DNA of 60,889 nt from IMG/VR virus record IMGVR_UViG_3300044641_005368, positions 1 to 60,889 of that record; one strand, written 5' to 3'. Under the pieces are notes generated by a model. It made no database searches. It was given only the letters and a program-made list of their open reading frames with translations, and was not told the origin of the DNA. Shown here one piece after another: positions 1 to 9,270 of the stretch (positions are counted from its first letter, which is position 1; the number at the start of each line of letters is the position of its first letter). Position numbers and translations under genes: made by a program. This stretch comes from a virus. Taxonomy: Duplodnaviria > Caudoviricetes.

Positions 1-650
1 GTATGGAGTGTAGGCAAATTCCTGTAGTACTGAACACCTCCCCAACTATTGCGCACAATAAACGCTGCGTCAAAGATATCGAATCTTCCTAGAACGTTGG
101 GGTCTACAAACTGCATGATGCTATAAAGCTCTTCAGGCTTACCGTTCTCAATAGGAGTTCCGGTTAACGCAAATCTAAATGGGGCGTTGTTTAGCTTCTT
201 TACTGTTCTGGATCTTTTTGATCTAAAAGACTTGATTGCTGTGGCTTCGTCAAGGACGACGAACCCTCTTGGTAGTTTGCTGACTTGAGCCCAGTCGTTA
301 ACAACTTGCTCGTAGTTAAGGATGATGTAATCAACCCCCGTATTCCGCCAGTCCATAGCCTTGGCGTACTGTTCTGCCCTCTTCTTTGGCGTTCCATCAA
401 TAACCAAAGCTGTTGAAGATCCATCTGTAAACTTCTCTATCTGGTTTGCCCATTGGTATTTTAATGAGGATAAGCATATAACCAAACCTGGTTCTTTTAC
501 TCGCTTATCATCCATCAATCGCTCTATAGCCGCAATTGTGAGAACAGTCTTTCCTAAGCCTAAATCGTAGGCAACAAGCATTGAGCCACGTTCGCACATG
601 CGGTCCACGGCCTCAGGTTGGTAAGGTAAAAGAGTCCCCGTAAAGGTCAA
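1..650 (-). CDS. SNF2-family helicase, N-terminal part (runs off the window's left edge)
   Basis: Not in the ORF track; translated by hand from TTG at 650 (TTGA overlap with the upstream stop). Shows LLPYQ (Q motif), YDLGLGKT (Walker A), VVLDEA (Walker B) and ALTGTPIEN (motif III). Confidence 0.9.
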   Translation of the reverse strand, partial: MTFTGTLLPYQPEAVDRMCERGSMLVAYDLGLGKTVLTIAAIERLMDDKRVKEPGLVICLSSLKYQWANQIEKFTDGSSTALVIDGTPKKRAEQYAKAMDWRNTGVDYIILNYEQVVNDWAQVSKLPRGFVVLDEATAIKSFRSKRSRTVKKLNNAPFRFALTGTPIENGKPEELYSIMQFVDPNVLGRFDIFDAAFIVRNSWGGVQYYRNLPTLH

Positions 651-859
651 GCGTCTCTCCTCCAGTGCAGGTACGACCTAATGTATACAACGGCATATGC
701 TATTGCTGAAAATATAAATCCGTATTGGGCTGTAATAACTGCATAGGTTATCCATAGAACTTCGTTAAACAGAAGCACGATCCATCCCCATATAGTCTTA
801 CGCCCTACAAAGTAGATGCCTGTAACACCAATGACCGCCAAAACCCATGACCACATCAT
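647..859 (-). CDS. Small 3-TM membrane protein, PnuC/SemiSWEET-like
   Basis: 70 aa, hydrophobic, W-rich (GRKTIWGW, LWITYA, YGF); resembles short PnuC-like proteins of actinophages. Confidence 0.55.
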   Translation of the reverse strand: MMWSWVLAVIGVTGIYFVGRKTIWGWIVLLFNEVLWITYAVITAQYGFIFSAIAYAVVYIRSYLHWRRDA

Positions 860-1398
860 AAATAAGCCACCATTCTTGTTTTAATTGATAACTCAAGATC
901 TTCTATAGACCCGTTGTTTAAAAATACTTGATCTACTTCATAGTTAGCCATGTCATGTTCAGACACATGATTGTTAACAGCTGTAACTCCAGGCCTTTCA
1001 ACTCTCCATATCTCAGCAGGCTCCCCTGTCATCTTGCTGTAGTAAAGGATTCGATCAGCTTCATTTAAAAACCTAACATCTGTAATGACTATGTTCTTAT
1101 TAAGATCTGCAGAACTTAAGGCGGCTCGAATCCACACATCTTCATCTATAATTTTTCTACCTGCTACACCTAGATTTTGTAACAATAAACGAACTGATGG
1201 CCGTTGTTTTGCTTTATCCCAGCCATCTACGTCAACGCTAATCTGTAGCGGCTCTCCATTAACCATTGGGTTCATTTCATAAAGCATGTCCCTGATCTTG
1301 TCAGCAAAAGCAATACGAGTAAACCCATGATGCTTTACAAGGTAGTTAGCAACTGTGTCCTTGCCTGACTGAGCGTACCCAGTTAATCCGATAATCAT
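856..1398 (-). CDS. Deoxynucleoside monophosphate kinase
   Basis: IIGLTGYAQSGKDTVA P-loop, FADKIR, LQNLG, ITDVRFLNE and HVSE motifs of the T4 gp1-like dNMP kinase family. Confidence 0.9.
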   Translation of the reverse strand: MIIGLTGYAQSGKDTVANYLVKHHGFTRIAFADKIRDMLYEMNPMVNGEPLQISVDVDGWDKAKQRPSVRLLLQNLGVAGRKIIDEDVWIRAALSSADLNKNIVITDVRFLNEADRILYYSKMTGEPAEIWRVERPGVTAVNNHVSEHDMANYEVDQVFLNNGSIEDLELSIKTRMVAYL

Positions 1399-2327
1399 GA
1401 TATGACCGCCTTTGTACCATGCACAGAATGCCGTGCGTTTTTAATCCCTAAGAGTATCTCGTCTTTGCTCATAGCGCCAACGTCTTTCATTGTGGTGTGG
1501 TCATAGTTAAAGAACCAAGCCTCAGTCTGCAGACCCCAGCACATCTCTAATAGATGTAAAGACGAGGCGCGTCCTGCGTCATCATTGTCCATAGCAAAGA
1601 TAATCTTCTTGGCTGAGCGCATTAGATGGAACTGCTTGTCAGAAACCATGGCTCCATAAGTGCTAACACCATTAAGTACCCCTACAGAAGCAAGGCGAAC
1701 TACATCTAGCGGGGACTCAACAACTATAAGCTCTGTGCCATCAAACTGCTGGTAGCCAAACAAAGCACTGCTCTTTTGAACACCTGTTGGGTAGTTCTTA
1801 AAGAATCGGCTCTTGTGGCCTTTCTCCTGCCAACCTAAAAGCTTGTTAGTAATTGGGTCTCTAATTACGGTTATCCAATTTGAATGATTGTTGTCCCAAA
1901 GTACCTCATAGTAACGCGCCGCGTTACTAGATAAACCTCTTGACAACAAAGCTTCTGCAGGTGGCTCAGTGAAAGCAGCAAGCATAGACTCAGTTATATA
2001 AGTAACTTCTTGAAACACTTCTTTTGGTTTAGTTGCTCGTAACAACGCAGCTGAGAGGTTGCGGTCTCCAGAGTCAACCCACTGTTGCGCCTCTTCGTAC
2101 TCAATTCCTTGAACAAAAGATACTAATGAGAAAAGCCCGCCTTTGAACTGGCAAGAAAAACAAATGTGAGCACCAGTCTCTGCGTTGATCCACCACGATG
2201 GGTTACGGTCCTCATGACCAGTACGCGCTACATGTGCCGGGCAGTGGCCTTGAATCTCTGAACCATTAGTTGATATAACCTCAATGCCAAGACGAGCAAG
2301 CGTCTCTTCCATATCCTCTACGGTCAT
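1395..2327 (-). CDS. DNA primase (CHC2 zinc finger plus TOPRIM)
   Basis: CPAH...CFSC zinc finger, VVESPLD and MDNDDAG TOPRIM motifs; adjacent to DnaB. Confidence 0.9.
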   Translation of the reverse strand: MTVEDMEETLARLGIEVISTNGSEIQGHCPAHVARTGHEDRNPSWWINAETGAHICFSCQFKGGLFSLVSFVQGIEYEEAQQWVDSGDRNLSAALLRATKPKEVFQEVTYITESMLAAFTEPPAEALLSRGLSSNAARYYEVLWDNNHSNWITVIRDPITNKLLGWQEKGHKSRFFKNYPTGVQKSSALFGYQQFDGTELIVVESPLDVVRLASVGVLNGVSTYGAMVSDKQFHLMRSAKKIIFAMDNDDAGRASSLHLLEMCWGLQTEAWFFNYDHTTMKDVGAMSKDEILLGIKNARHSVHGTKAVIS

Positions 2328-3550
2328 AGGTCATTCTCATCCAATTCTCTAAACTGACCCGTGTCCCAATCCCAAAGCATGTCAACTTGAGTAAGACCAG
2401 AGTTACGGCTAGCAAGAACTTTAAGAAGGCGAGTGTCGTCTACGTTCTCGTCTTGCTTCTGCAGGCCAAAAATAACGTCAGCATCCTGATGGAATGATGA
2501 AGAGTAACCAATAGAGTCAGCAGTTACTTGACCTTTGCGCATCTTCCAATTCAACACCTGGGTAGAGATAACAATAGGTATCTGGAACTTCTGTGCCAAG
2601 CGCTTTAGCGAGCGCGTGATATTAGTAAGAGCCTGTGGAGTATTAGCCTCACCAGTCTGCTCGTCAATCATAAGGTAAGTACCGTCAATAAAGACTACGT
2701 TGGGGTGCAGCACTTGGATCTTGCTAGCAATACCCGTAACAGTAGAGCCAGCAGCAGAGTCAACGAGCCAAAACTTGTGGGTCATGTCGCCCATGTTCTT
2801 AAGCTTGGTTTTGTATCGGCTTTCTTCCTCTGGTGTCAAAGTACCTGTCATCATGCGCTGGTGTGAAACCCTAGCACGCATAGCATCGTAACGAGACACC
2901 TGTTCGGTATTGCTCATCTCAAATGACTGAAACATAGGAACTGCTCCATGCATGTGAACGTTCTGCGCAATCTGCAAAGCAAGGGTTGACTTACCTGTCT
3001 TAGGCGGAGCCACGATAACAATCAACTGACCCTTCTGTAATCCAGAAGTAGCCTTGTCCATAGTGTTAAACCCTGTAGGTATACCTAGTAAGCCAGGGTT
3101 CTGCTTACGATACTCGTAATCTTCCCAACGTCTCATCGGGTCGTCTGTAATATCAATGTCGCTAGTGCTGCTCAGCCCATCTTCTTCAAGACGAATCAAA
3201 CCGCTTTGCAGTTTTACAAGAGCACCTTCGTGGTCCTCAAACTTTTCAATTGATTCAATTGCTTGAGAGATCATGCCAACAGTAGACGCTTTGCGACGTT
3301 GTGTAAGCATTGAGTCAATCAGGTAGTCAGTAGAATCCTGTACATCAATCAATTTGTAGTTGGGGAAGTTGTCAGTGATTACTTCTAGGCTTGGGCACTC
3401 AGCATACTTAAAGAAATGGTCACGTATTAGGTTCCACATCTTCTTGTTCTCTGGGTCTACAAACCACGCCTCATTAACATTGCGAGAAAACAAAGGCGCG
3501 AGATCACGACTGCTAAGCGCCTTACTTATAAGCTTCGATTCAAAGTTCAT
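2324..3550 (-). CDS. dnaB: Replicative DnaB-like helicase
   Basis: GIPTGF, APPKTGKST (Walker A), FEMS, VFIDG, LKRLAQKFQIPIVISTQ and QDADVI motifs. Confidence 0.93.
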   Translation of the reverse strand: MNFESKLISKALSSRDLAPLFSRNVNEAWFVDPENKKMWNLIRDHFFKYAECPSLEVITDNFPNYKLIDVQDSTDYLIDSMLTQRRKASTVGMISQAIESIEKFEDHEGALVKLQSGLIRLEEDGLSSTSDIDITDDPMRRWEDYEYRKQNPGLLGIPTGFNTMDKATSGLQKGQLIVIVAPPKTGKSTLALQIAQNVHMHGAVPMFQSFEMSNTEQVSRYDAMRARVSHQRMMTGTLTPEEESRYKTKLKNMGDMTHKFWLVDSAAGSTVTGIASKIQVLHPNVVFIDGTYLMIDEQTGEANTPQALTNITRSLKRLAQKFQIPIVISTQVLNWKMRKGQVTADSIGYSSSFHQDADVIFGLQKQDENVDDTRLLKVLASRNSGLTQVDMLWDWDTGQFRELDENDL

Positions 3551-3947
3551 TTAGTGATCTACCCCAATGTCCGTAACGTAGCAAGCGTGCTTGCGTGTCT
3601 ACAACTCCAACAACCTCTGGTCTGTACGGGAGCTCCGCAACCAGCTGTGTCACAGTTGTGTAAGAAGAAAAGTATCTAAACGGGTTGGTACCCATCTTGT
3701 CAAGTTGCTCTACAAACTTCTCGAGCGACTCCTCGTCCTGTGTAAAGGAGACTAGTTCAAGGGTAACCCCCTGCTTTACTGTAAACAAATACAAAAAGCT
3801 TAGAGAAGAGCGGTTAAGCTTGCGATTAACTTTTGGTACTGGAATGAACTTAAACTTTTTTGTCACCTCTACTTCGGTGTCCAAAAAGATTTCGTCAACA
3901 ACCAGTATTCGTTTTGATAGTTCGTTACTGATATCCCCTTTTAGCAT
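3540..3947 (-). CDS. Hypothetical protein, possibly a degenerate HAD fold
   Basis: ORF coupled within the replication operon; alpha/beta pattern ending VVGVVD. Confidence 0.6.
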   Translation of the reverse strand: MLKGDISNELSKRILVVDEIFLDTEVEVTKKFKFIPVPKVNRKLNRSSLSFLYLFTVKQGVTLELVSFTQDEESLEKFVEQLDKMGTNPFRYFSSYTTVTQLVAELPYRPEVVGVVDTQARLLRYGHWGRSLNEL

Positions 3948-3948
3948 T

Positions 3949-4263
3949 TTAGTAAACCTCTATCCGTCCGTACTTGATTACGAACTCCCGGAACTCCTTG
4001 TTGGAATCCTGGGCTTTCTTTGCATCTTCGGTAGATGCTCTACTGGAGATCTCCAAAGGATAAGTCCCACCGTTGGTTTCAATTCGGGAGTTAACAAACC
4101 TAACATGCTTGCATGTTGACCTGCTCTTATAACCTGGGCACGTACAGTGAAGCACGCTCTCTGGGTCAACGGCAACTTCATAGATGCCGGGGCCAGGAGT
4201 CTTGTTCTGACTTAAGAACACTTGCACTAGACGTAGATCGTCGTCCACTTGGTTGCCTTTCAT
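3949..4263 (-). CDS. SWIM zinc-finger protein
   Basis: YEV...CTCPGY....CKH SWIM signature. Confidence 0.8.
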   Translation of the reverse strand: MKGNQVDDDLRLVQVFLSQNKTPGPGIYEVAVDPESVLHCTCPGYKSRSTCKHVRFVNSRIETNGGTYPLEISSRASTEDAKKAQDSNKEFREFVIKYGRIEVY

Positions 4264-4952
4264 TTTCTTCTCAGGTCTCCTCTGTCGGATACTACAGGTA
4301 GGTAGCCAAACGCTTCTCGCGCAAAGCTGGCTGTAGCGTCTCCATAAAGACTAGCCCAGTTGTCCAACACGATGTTGGTGGTAACTATAGTAGGCAATCC
4401 TCTGTTGAATCGGGTACGTAAAAGGTGGTGAAGCATATTCTTTTGCCAACCAGTAAGGCTGGAATGCTCTTTACCTATGTCATCTATGACTAGAACACGA
4501 ATGTTATACGAATCATCCAAGCACTCGCCCAAGATGCCGTAGAATAGAGTTTCCTGCTCTGGGGTAGGCGAGTTCATAGTGTCACCCTTTAATTCCAAGA
4601 AATCATTGAATGTCATGAAGTAGCAAGGTCTAATAATTACCCCGCTCTCAGGTGGATCAAAAGCAGTTAACGGAAGAGTAGTCATCATCTCTTGAATGGT
4701 TGCTAAAGCAAGCGTCGTTTTTCCACGACCAGGCTCTCCAACCAAAAGAATCCCGCGACCTGTCATCTTTCCAGACGGTGTGCGGATTACATCCCCTGCT
4801 TCAACTCGCTTTATCCAACCGCGAATCTTTGTTAATACATCTGCGCTGGTATCAGTGCAGTCATCCAGCACCCACCCAAGACGAGCGGCTGGAATACCTG
4901 AGGTCTTTACCCAGGCACGCCGACGAATCTTTATGTCATTGAGCTTAAACAT
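4260..4952 (-). CDS. DnaC/IstB-like AAA+ helicase loader
   Basis: GEPGRGKT Walker A, LVIDDIGKE Walker B, R...LPTIVTTN. Confidence 0.88.
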   Translation of the reverse strand: MFKLNDIKIRRRAWVKTSGIPAARLGWVLDDCTDTSADVLTKIRGWIKRVEAGDVIRTPSGKMTGRGILLVGEPGRGKTTLALATIQEMMTTLPLTAFDPPESGVIIRPCYFMTFNDFLELKGDTMNSPTPEQETLFYGILGECLDDSYNIRVLVIDDIGKEHSSLTGWQKNMLHHLLRTRFNRGLPTIVTTNIVLDNWASLYGDATASFAREAFGYLPVVSDRGDLRRK

Positions 4953-5814
4953 CTAAGATGTCCTCCCATGACTTGTCGGCTTCAGCCTGTGCGTTAACCA
5001 TAGTGTCAGGAAGATATACCTTACGCTTGGCATCTGCAACCATACCAGGTGCTCGCTTGATAAACATGCGCCACATCTTCTCGGCATCATCCAACTCTGT
5101 GTCGTGCTCTATAGAAGCAAAAAACGCATCCATCATCAAGCACTCAATCTCTCCGTTGGTTTCATGCGCTTTGCGGAAGTTCGCTAACGCAAAAATAAAA
5201 CGACTCTGTGTAACGCGCCAAGGTTTGATGTGCCACATGTTGTGGACACGAGATGCAAACTCCATGGCGCTATCTGTGGGTGACCAGTCAGCTTTGTTGT
5301 TCTGGTCACGAACCTTCATGCGCTGAGCCATGACCTTAGTTCGCTCTTCGTTGTACTCCGCTTGCTTCTTCTCGCGCATCTTGCGTCTGTAGTTATCCAT
5401 GTCTTCGTAATCTGGAAACGCGTCGCTCATGGGCTTGACTCCAATCTCTATCTGGTTTGGATAGTCCTCACGGACTGGGTCCGTGGATTCGGTTAACTTA
5501 TTAATAGAATTAGCTATTAGGGTTAATCTGCTATTCTGCACATTCTGCTGTATAGATGTACGGCTTTCCAGGCATAACCCAATACGGGTTTCCAGTAACG
5601 ACCAACCAGCCTCAGTCAGAACGATCTCGCGTACCCACCCACCTGAAAAGTGGTAGGTCGCGGTGTGGGTTAGCCCAGCCTTTCTGAGCTCATTTAGTGC
5701 TTTTTGGCATGCGTCACGTCCCTCTGTAAATACCTCTGAAAGGGCTCTAGCGCCCCCCTGAAGGGGGTTTGAGGCTAGATACAGGAGAATGCCTAGGGCA
5801 CGGGCGGATACCAC
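4945..5814 (-). CDS. Putative replication initiator (N-terminal winged HTH)
   Basis: ARALGILLYL...EGRDACQKALNELRKAG HTH pattern; lies directly upstream of the DnaC-like loader. Confidence 0.65.
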   Translation of the reverse strand: MVSARALGILLYLASNPLQGGARALSEVFTEGRDACQKALNELRKAGLTHTATYHFSGGWVREIVLTEAGWSLLETRIGLCLESRTSIQQNVQNSRLTLIANSINKLTESTDPVREDYPNQIEIGVKPMSDAFPDYEDMDNYRRKMREKKQAEYNEERTKVMAQRMKVRDQNNKADWSPTDSAMEFASRVHNMWHIKPWRVTQSRFIFALANFRKAHETNGEIECLMMDAFFASIEHDTELDDAEKMWRMFIKRAPGMVADAKRKVYLPDTMVNAQAEADKSWEDILDV

Positions 5815-5817
5815 CCT

Positions 5818-6471
5818 CTAAGCGTCCTTGTCTTTACTGATATGGGAAGCCATGACCCTGGCAAAGAGGTTGGCAATTGCTAGGACTCCATTGTAGATGT
5901 CCTCCATCAACTGGTCTTCGTCCTCTTGCTCTTCCTCTTCCTCTTCTTCATCCTCGTCTTCCTCTTCCTCTTCAGCCTCTTCTTCAAATTCTTCTGCTGG
6001 AAGGTTTAGCTCTTGGATAGGAAAGATGACCTCTTGCTGTGGCTTAAGTCCAGTGGTCGCTGTTATTGCGGTCAGCCCATCCGTCAAGTCAAAGCATGGG
6101 ATTGACTCCTTGCTACAAATTGCTAAGAAATCCTGTGAGGTTGGGTCTTCATCATTCCATAGCAGAAACGCTACTGCTTTCTTGCCTTTTAATGAGTCAA
6201 CCGCTTTTTTAAATGGGTTGGGGTCTACAACAAAGTCTGCTGCGGGAAGTCCGCCAAAGTTTCCAGACCCATTGTTAAACACAAGGATCTCTTTGCTTTT
6301 ATCTTTTGCGTATTGCGCAGCAAACACCTGCGCCTGTGATGGTGATTCAACATACGGCAGTACTAACGTACCTTTTACTCCGTTGGCATAGTAGTGGTCT
6401 TCCATCAAAGCTTCTAAGTTAGCTCTGCTGGTCTCTCCACCACCGGCTACGATTACAAAATATTCTTCCAT
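5818..6471 (-). CDS. Hypothetical protein with long acidic C-terminal tract
   Basis: 217 aa with a strong RBS (AAGGAG) and an E/D tract near the C-terminus. Confidence 0.75.
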   Translation of the reverse strand: MEEYFVIVAGGGETSRANLEALMEDHYYANGVKGTLVLPYVESPSQAQVFAAQYAKDKSKEILVFNNGSGNFGGLPAADFVVDPNPFKKAVDSLKGKKAVAFLLWNDEDPTSQDFLAICSKESIPCFDLTDGLTAITATTGLKPQQEVIFPIQELNLPAEEFEEEAEEEEEDEDEEEEEEEQEDEDQLMEDIYNGVLAIANLFARVMASHISKDKDA

Positions 6472-6498
6472 GTAAGTCTCCTTGGTAGGGGGAGACGA

Positions 6499-6528
6499 AC
6501 ACTACGCCTCGGTTATTAGTTTTGTCTA
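6499..6528 (-). promoter_or_regulatory. Putative primary-sigma promoter for the replication operon
   Basis: TAGACA-N18-TAGTGT upstream of the 6471 start. Confidence 0.45.
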
Positions 6529-6791
6529 GTTATAACTGGGCGGTACGTAACAGCACGTTCTACAAGGGCTAGCAGTGACTTAGATGTGAACGCCCCAGCC
6601 ATCGTGTATAGAACAGATGTTCGAATGTCATTATCTATTCCTACAAGCCAAACCGCTAAAGCACTAGCGCAAATTGAGGAAACAGTATTTGTTAGCCAGC
6701 TTTTAATAAAGATCTCTATAAAGTTAAGAGCTGGCTCAGCTACGGCTAGTACAAACGCAGCTGCAAATGATACGAGTAGTAGTTCTAACAT
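6516..6791 (-). CDS. Small membrane protein (3 TM), possibly holin-like
   Basis: 91 aa, three hydrophobic segments, basic C-terminus; at the end of the structural operon. Confidence 0.6.
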   Translation of the reverse strand: MLELLLVSFAAAFVLAVAEPALNFIEIFIKSWLTNTVSSICASALAVWLVGIDNDIRTSVLYTMAGAFTSKSLLALVERAVTYRPVITRQN

Positions 6792-6803
6792 GCGGTTATA
6801 GTA

Positions 6804-9269
6804 CTACGTATTTGCCTGACCTAGGTATATGGCTGCTGTAGATCCTATGGTTAAAACCTCTTTTAAGTACTCTACTATGCGAAGTTGAATAGACAAACGG
6901 TTCTTATAGAAGTGGCTGCGTGCTGCTCCAACAGACCCTTCCCACAAAAAGTCAGAAGAGTATCCAGGACCACCATTGCCGTCAAAGTACTCAAGGACGA
7001 ACGGGCTGTTTTCAAACATTGCTGAGTCCAGCTGGATGAGGTTACTAACATCCACATTCCAATCAACTTGAACATGAGCATAGGCTGCTTCAGCCGGAGC
7101 TGTCCCTGTTATATCGTGCCTTAACCAAGATGTAAGAACTTCCTCAGGGGACCCGGTGTCCGTGCTTATCAAAGTCTTTGTATCGTCATACCAATGTATT
7201 GAGGGAGTTACGTACTCAGGGCCAATATCAGTCATGATGTAGTAGCTAAATGTATATGGAGTTTCTGGGTAGTGGATTGGCATTAGATCAGCAGATGAAG
7301 TTGTTGACTTTAGCTGAACTATAGACCCAGTAGCCGTTAATCGAAGTGAATCGCCACCTACAAAAGCAGTGCCAGATGCTGCTGTGATTGCCACATCAGC
7401 TGTCGTTAAGCTATAGCTAAAAGAGGTGCCTGTCTTTGCTGTGATTGTAAAACTACCATCAAAAGGCAAGCCAACACCAGCAACTACAACTGTCTGCCCG
7501 ACTTCAAGAATGTGCGCGTTGTCTACTTCAATTGTTGCTACATTGCTTGTAACGCTTTTATTGATAACTATGTAGATATCAGTGTTTGGCTCAGGTGTTG
7601 TTATGTCTATAGCTGGGATAGCTCCGGTTGCAGACCATGGTGCAAAAGGACTTTTAAAATGTGGGTTAAGTAACTCATTGATTCGAGTGGCTCTAATTGT
7701 TATGTGTATCTGACGCGCTTCGTCAAAGTCTGTGACAGAAGATGCCTGTTCAAACTGAGCTCCATCAAAGTAGTGGTGTTCATTGCTTGAAGCTGCTGCT
7801 ACAGCTGCTATGGAAACTCCAGGAACTGCATAGTACGCATTAGAAGGGGCAGTGCCAGTAGCAATTAAACGCGTAGCCCACGCAGTAGTGGTGTTAGCAA
7901 CAGCAGAGCCGTTGGTTGTAGATAGTAAAACACCAAAACGGTTATACCATCTAATCTTTGGTGTGATAGTTCTAACGGTTGAACCTGCTGTTGAGTAAAC
8001 GCTAAACGTGTACGCGTTTCCAGAGTTTACAGGAATGCCTTTTGTGATTGGGTTTGATAACCCACAGGCAACTTCAACTGTTGCAGAGGATGCACTGGTA
8101 TTAGTAACCGATAAAAACCCAACTTGTTTATTTGGAAAGAATAGCGGTGCCGTAGTCTCAGCATATGGCTCTGGAACTGGTACAACAAGGCCGGTTTCAT
8201 TTCGTTCCGATATGTTTGCAGCCGTTAAGCTGTAGCTAATAGTTGTGGCAGTTACAGCGGTAAGTGTCTTCGCTGTAGAGGGTGAGCTAAACAATGGCAA
8301 CGCCATGTTTTGAATATAAATTTGGTTTCCAACTTTATACTGATGTGCGCCGATTGTTAACGTAGCTACGTTGCTAGTTAAAGACACTTTTGTTATGTTT
8401 GTTTTCTTTAAAACAGACATTGAAGCATTACTTATTGATTCCCAATGTCCAATAGACTCTTCAAAAGAGGAGTCGTTGTAGTCAAGCATAAGGTTATGGC
8501 TTGTCGTGATTCCGTCAATTGTTGGGTTAGGCACATCAAACACTGCAGGAACAGCAAACCCTGAAAATGCCTTGACGTATTCTCTTAAACCTTGCAAACT
8601 TCCTTTTTCTTTATAAAGCTGAATTGCATCACGAACTAAAATACGAGATTGCTGGAATCCAATCTCAGGCTCATACTCTAATCCAAATTGCTTAAGCATA
8701 GATGGAAGAAGAGTTCCTCCAACTTTTTCTAGGTCGTACCTCTGTATTAAAAGATCTGTCAGTGTTTGGAAGTAGTCAAGCTGAAACCCAAATAGATTTA
8801 AAACACTAGATAATGCAGGGTTGTTTAGGTTAGTGTCTACTGTGTAGACCTTTTCAACTTTCATAACCTCTGGCAAATACGAGTACATTCGTACGTTGTT
8901 TCCATGGTTCTTTACGGATAAACCGATAGCATCTCCAGCCCTGATCCATGAGTACTGAGTGGTTTCAAAAACAAATATTGAGTAGTAATAGAACGCGCCT
9001 TCAGAAAGGCCAGATGTGTCTACATATGATGTTGGATCGCTGTTTTTAAATACTGATAGTAAGGTTACGCCATCAAACGGTGTTATGGGAAACCCATAGG
9101 AGTTTCTTACTAAACGTATCTTAGCCCATGAACCTGCAGGGCTAAGCCAGTCTAAGGTGATCTCACCGTAGTTAGATCCAATAGCTGTAAATGGCGTAGC
9201 ATCAAAAGAGATTAAGCTACTAGCTCCATAAAAACTATTACCGTAGTAATCAATACCATAGCGTGACAT
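6804..9269 (-). CDS. Baseplate wedge/tail protein (P2 gpI-like core plus carbohydrate-binding-like domains)
   Basis: LLPSMLKQFG...RDAIQLYKEKGSLQGL gpI-like motif; SSFE..IGHW and FDGAQFEQ jelly-roll motifs; follows baseplate J. Confidence 0.8.
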   Translation of the reverse strand: MSRYGIDYYGNSFYGASSLISFDATPFTAIGSNYGEITLDWLSPAGSWAKIRLVRNSYGFPITPFDGVTLLSVFKNSDPTSYVDTSGLSEGAFYYYSIFVFETTQYSWIRAGDAIGLSVKNHGNNVRMYSYLPEVMKVEKVYTVDTNLNNPALSSVLNLFGFQLDYFQTLTDLLIQRYDLEKVGGTLLPSMLKQFGLEYEPEIGFQQSRILVRDAIQLYKEKGSLQGLREYVKAFSGFAVPAVFDVPNPTIDGITTSHNLMLDYNDSSFEESIGHWESISNASMSVLKKTNITKVSLTSNVATLTIGAHQYKVGNQIYIQNMALPLFSSPSTAKTLTAVTATTISYSLTAANISERNETGLVVPVPEPYAETTAPLFFPNKQVGFLSVTNTSASSATVEVACGLSNPITKGIPVNSGNAYTFSVYSTAGSTVRTITPKIRWYNRFGVLLSTTNGSAVANTTTAWATRLIATGTAPSNAYYAVPGVSIAAVAAASSNEHHYFDGAQFEQASSVTDFDEARQIHITIRATRINELLNPHFKSPFAPWSATGAIPAIDITTPEPNTDIYIVINKSVTSNVATIEVDNAHILEVGQTVVVAGVGLPFDGSFTITAKTGTSFSYSLTTADVAITAASGTAFVGGDSLRLTATGSIVQLKSTTSSADLMPIHYPETPYTFSYYIMTDIGPEYVTPSIHWYDDTKTLISTDTGSPEEVLTSWLRHDITGTAPAEAAYAHVQVDWNVDVSNLIQLDSAMFENSPFVLEYFDGNGGPGYSSDFLWEGSVGAARSHFYKNRLSIQLRIVEYLKEVLTIGSTAAIYLGQANT

Positions 9270-9270
9270 A

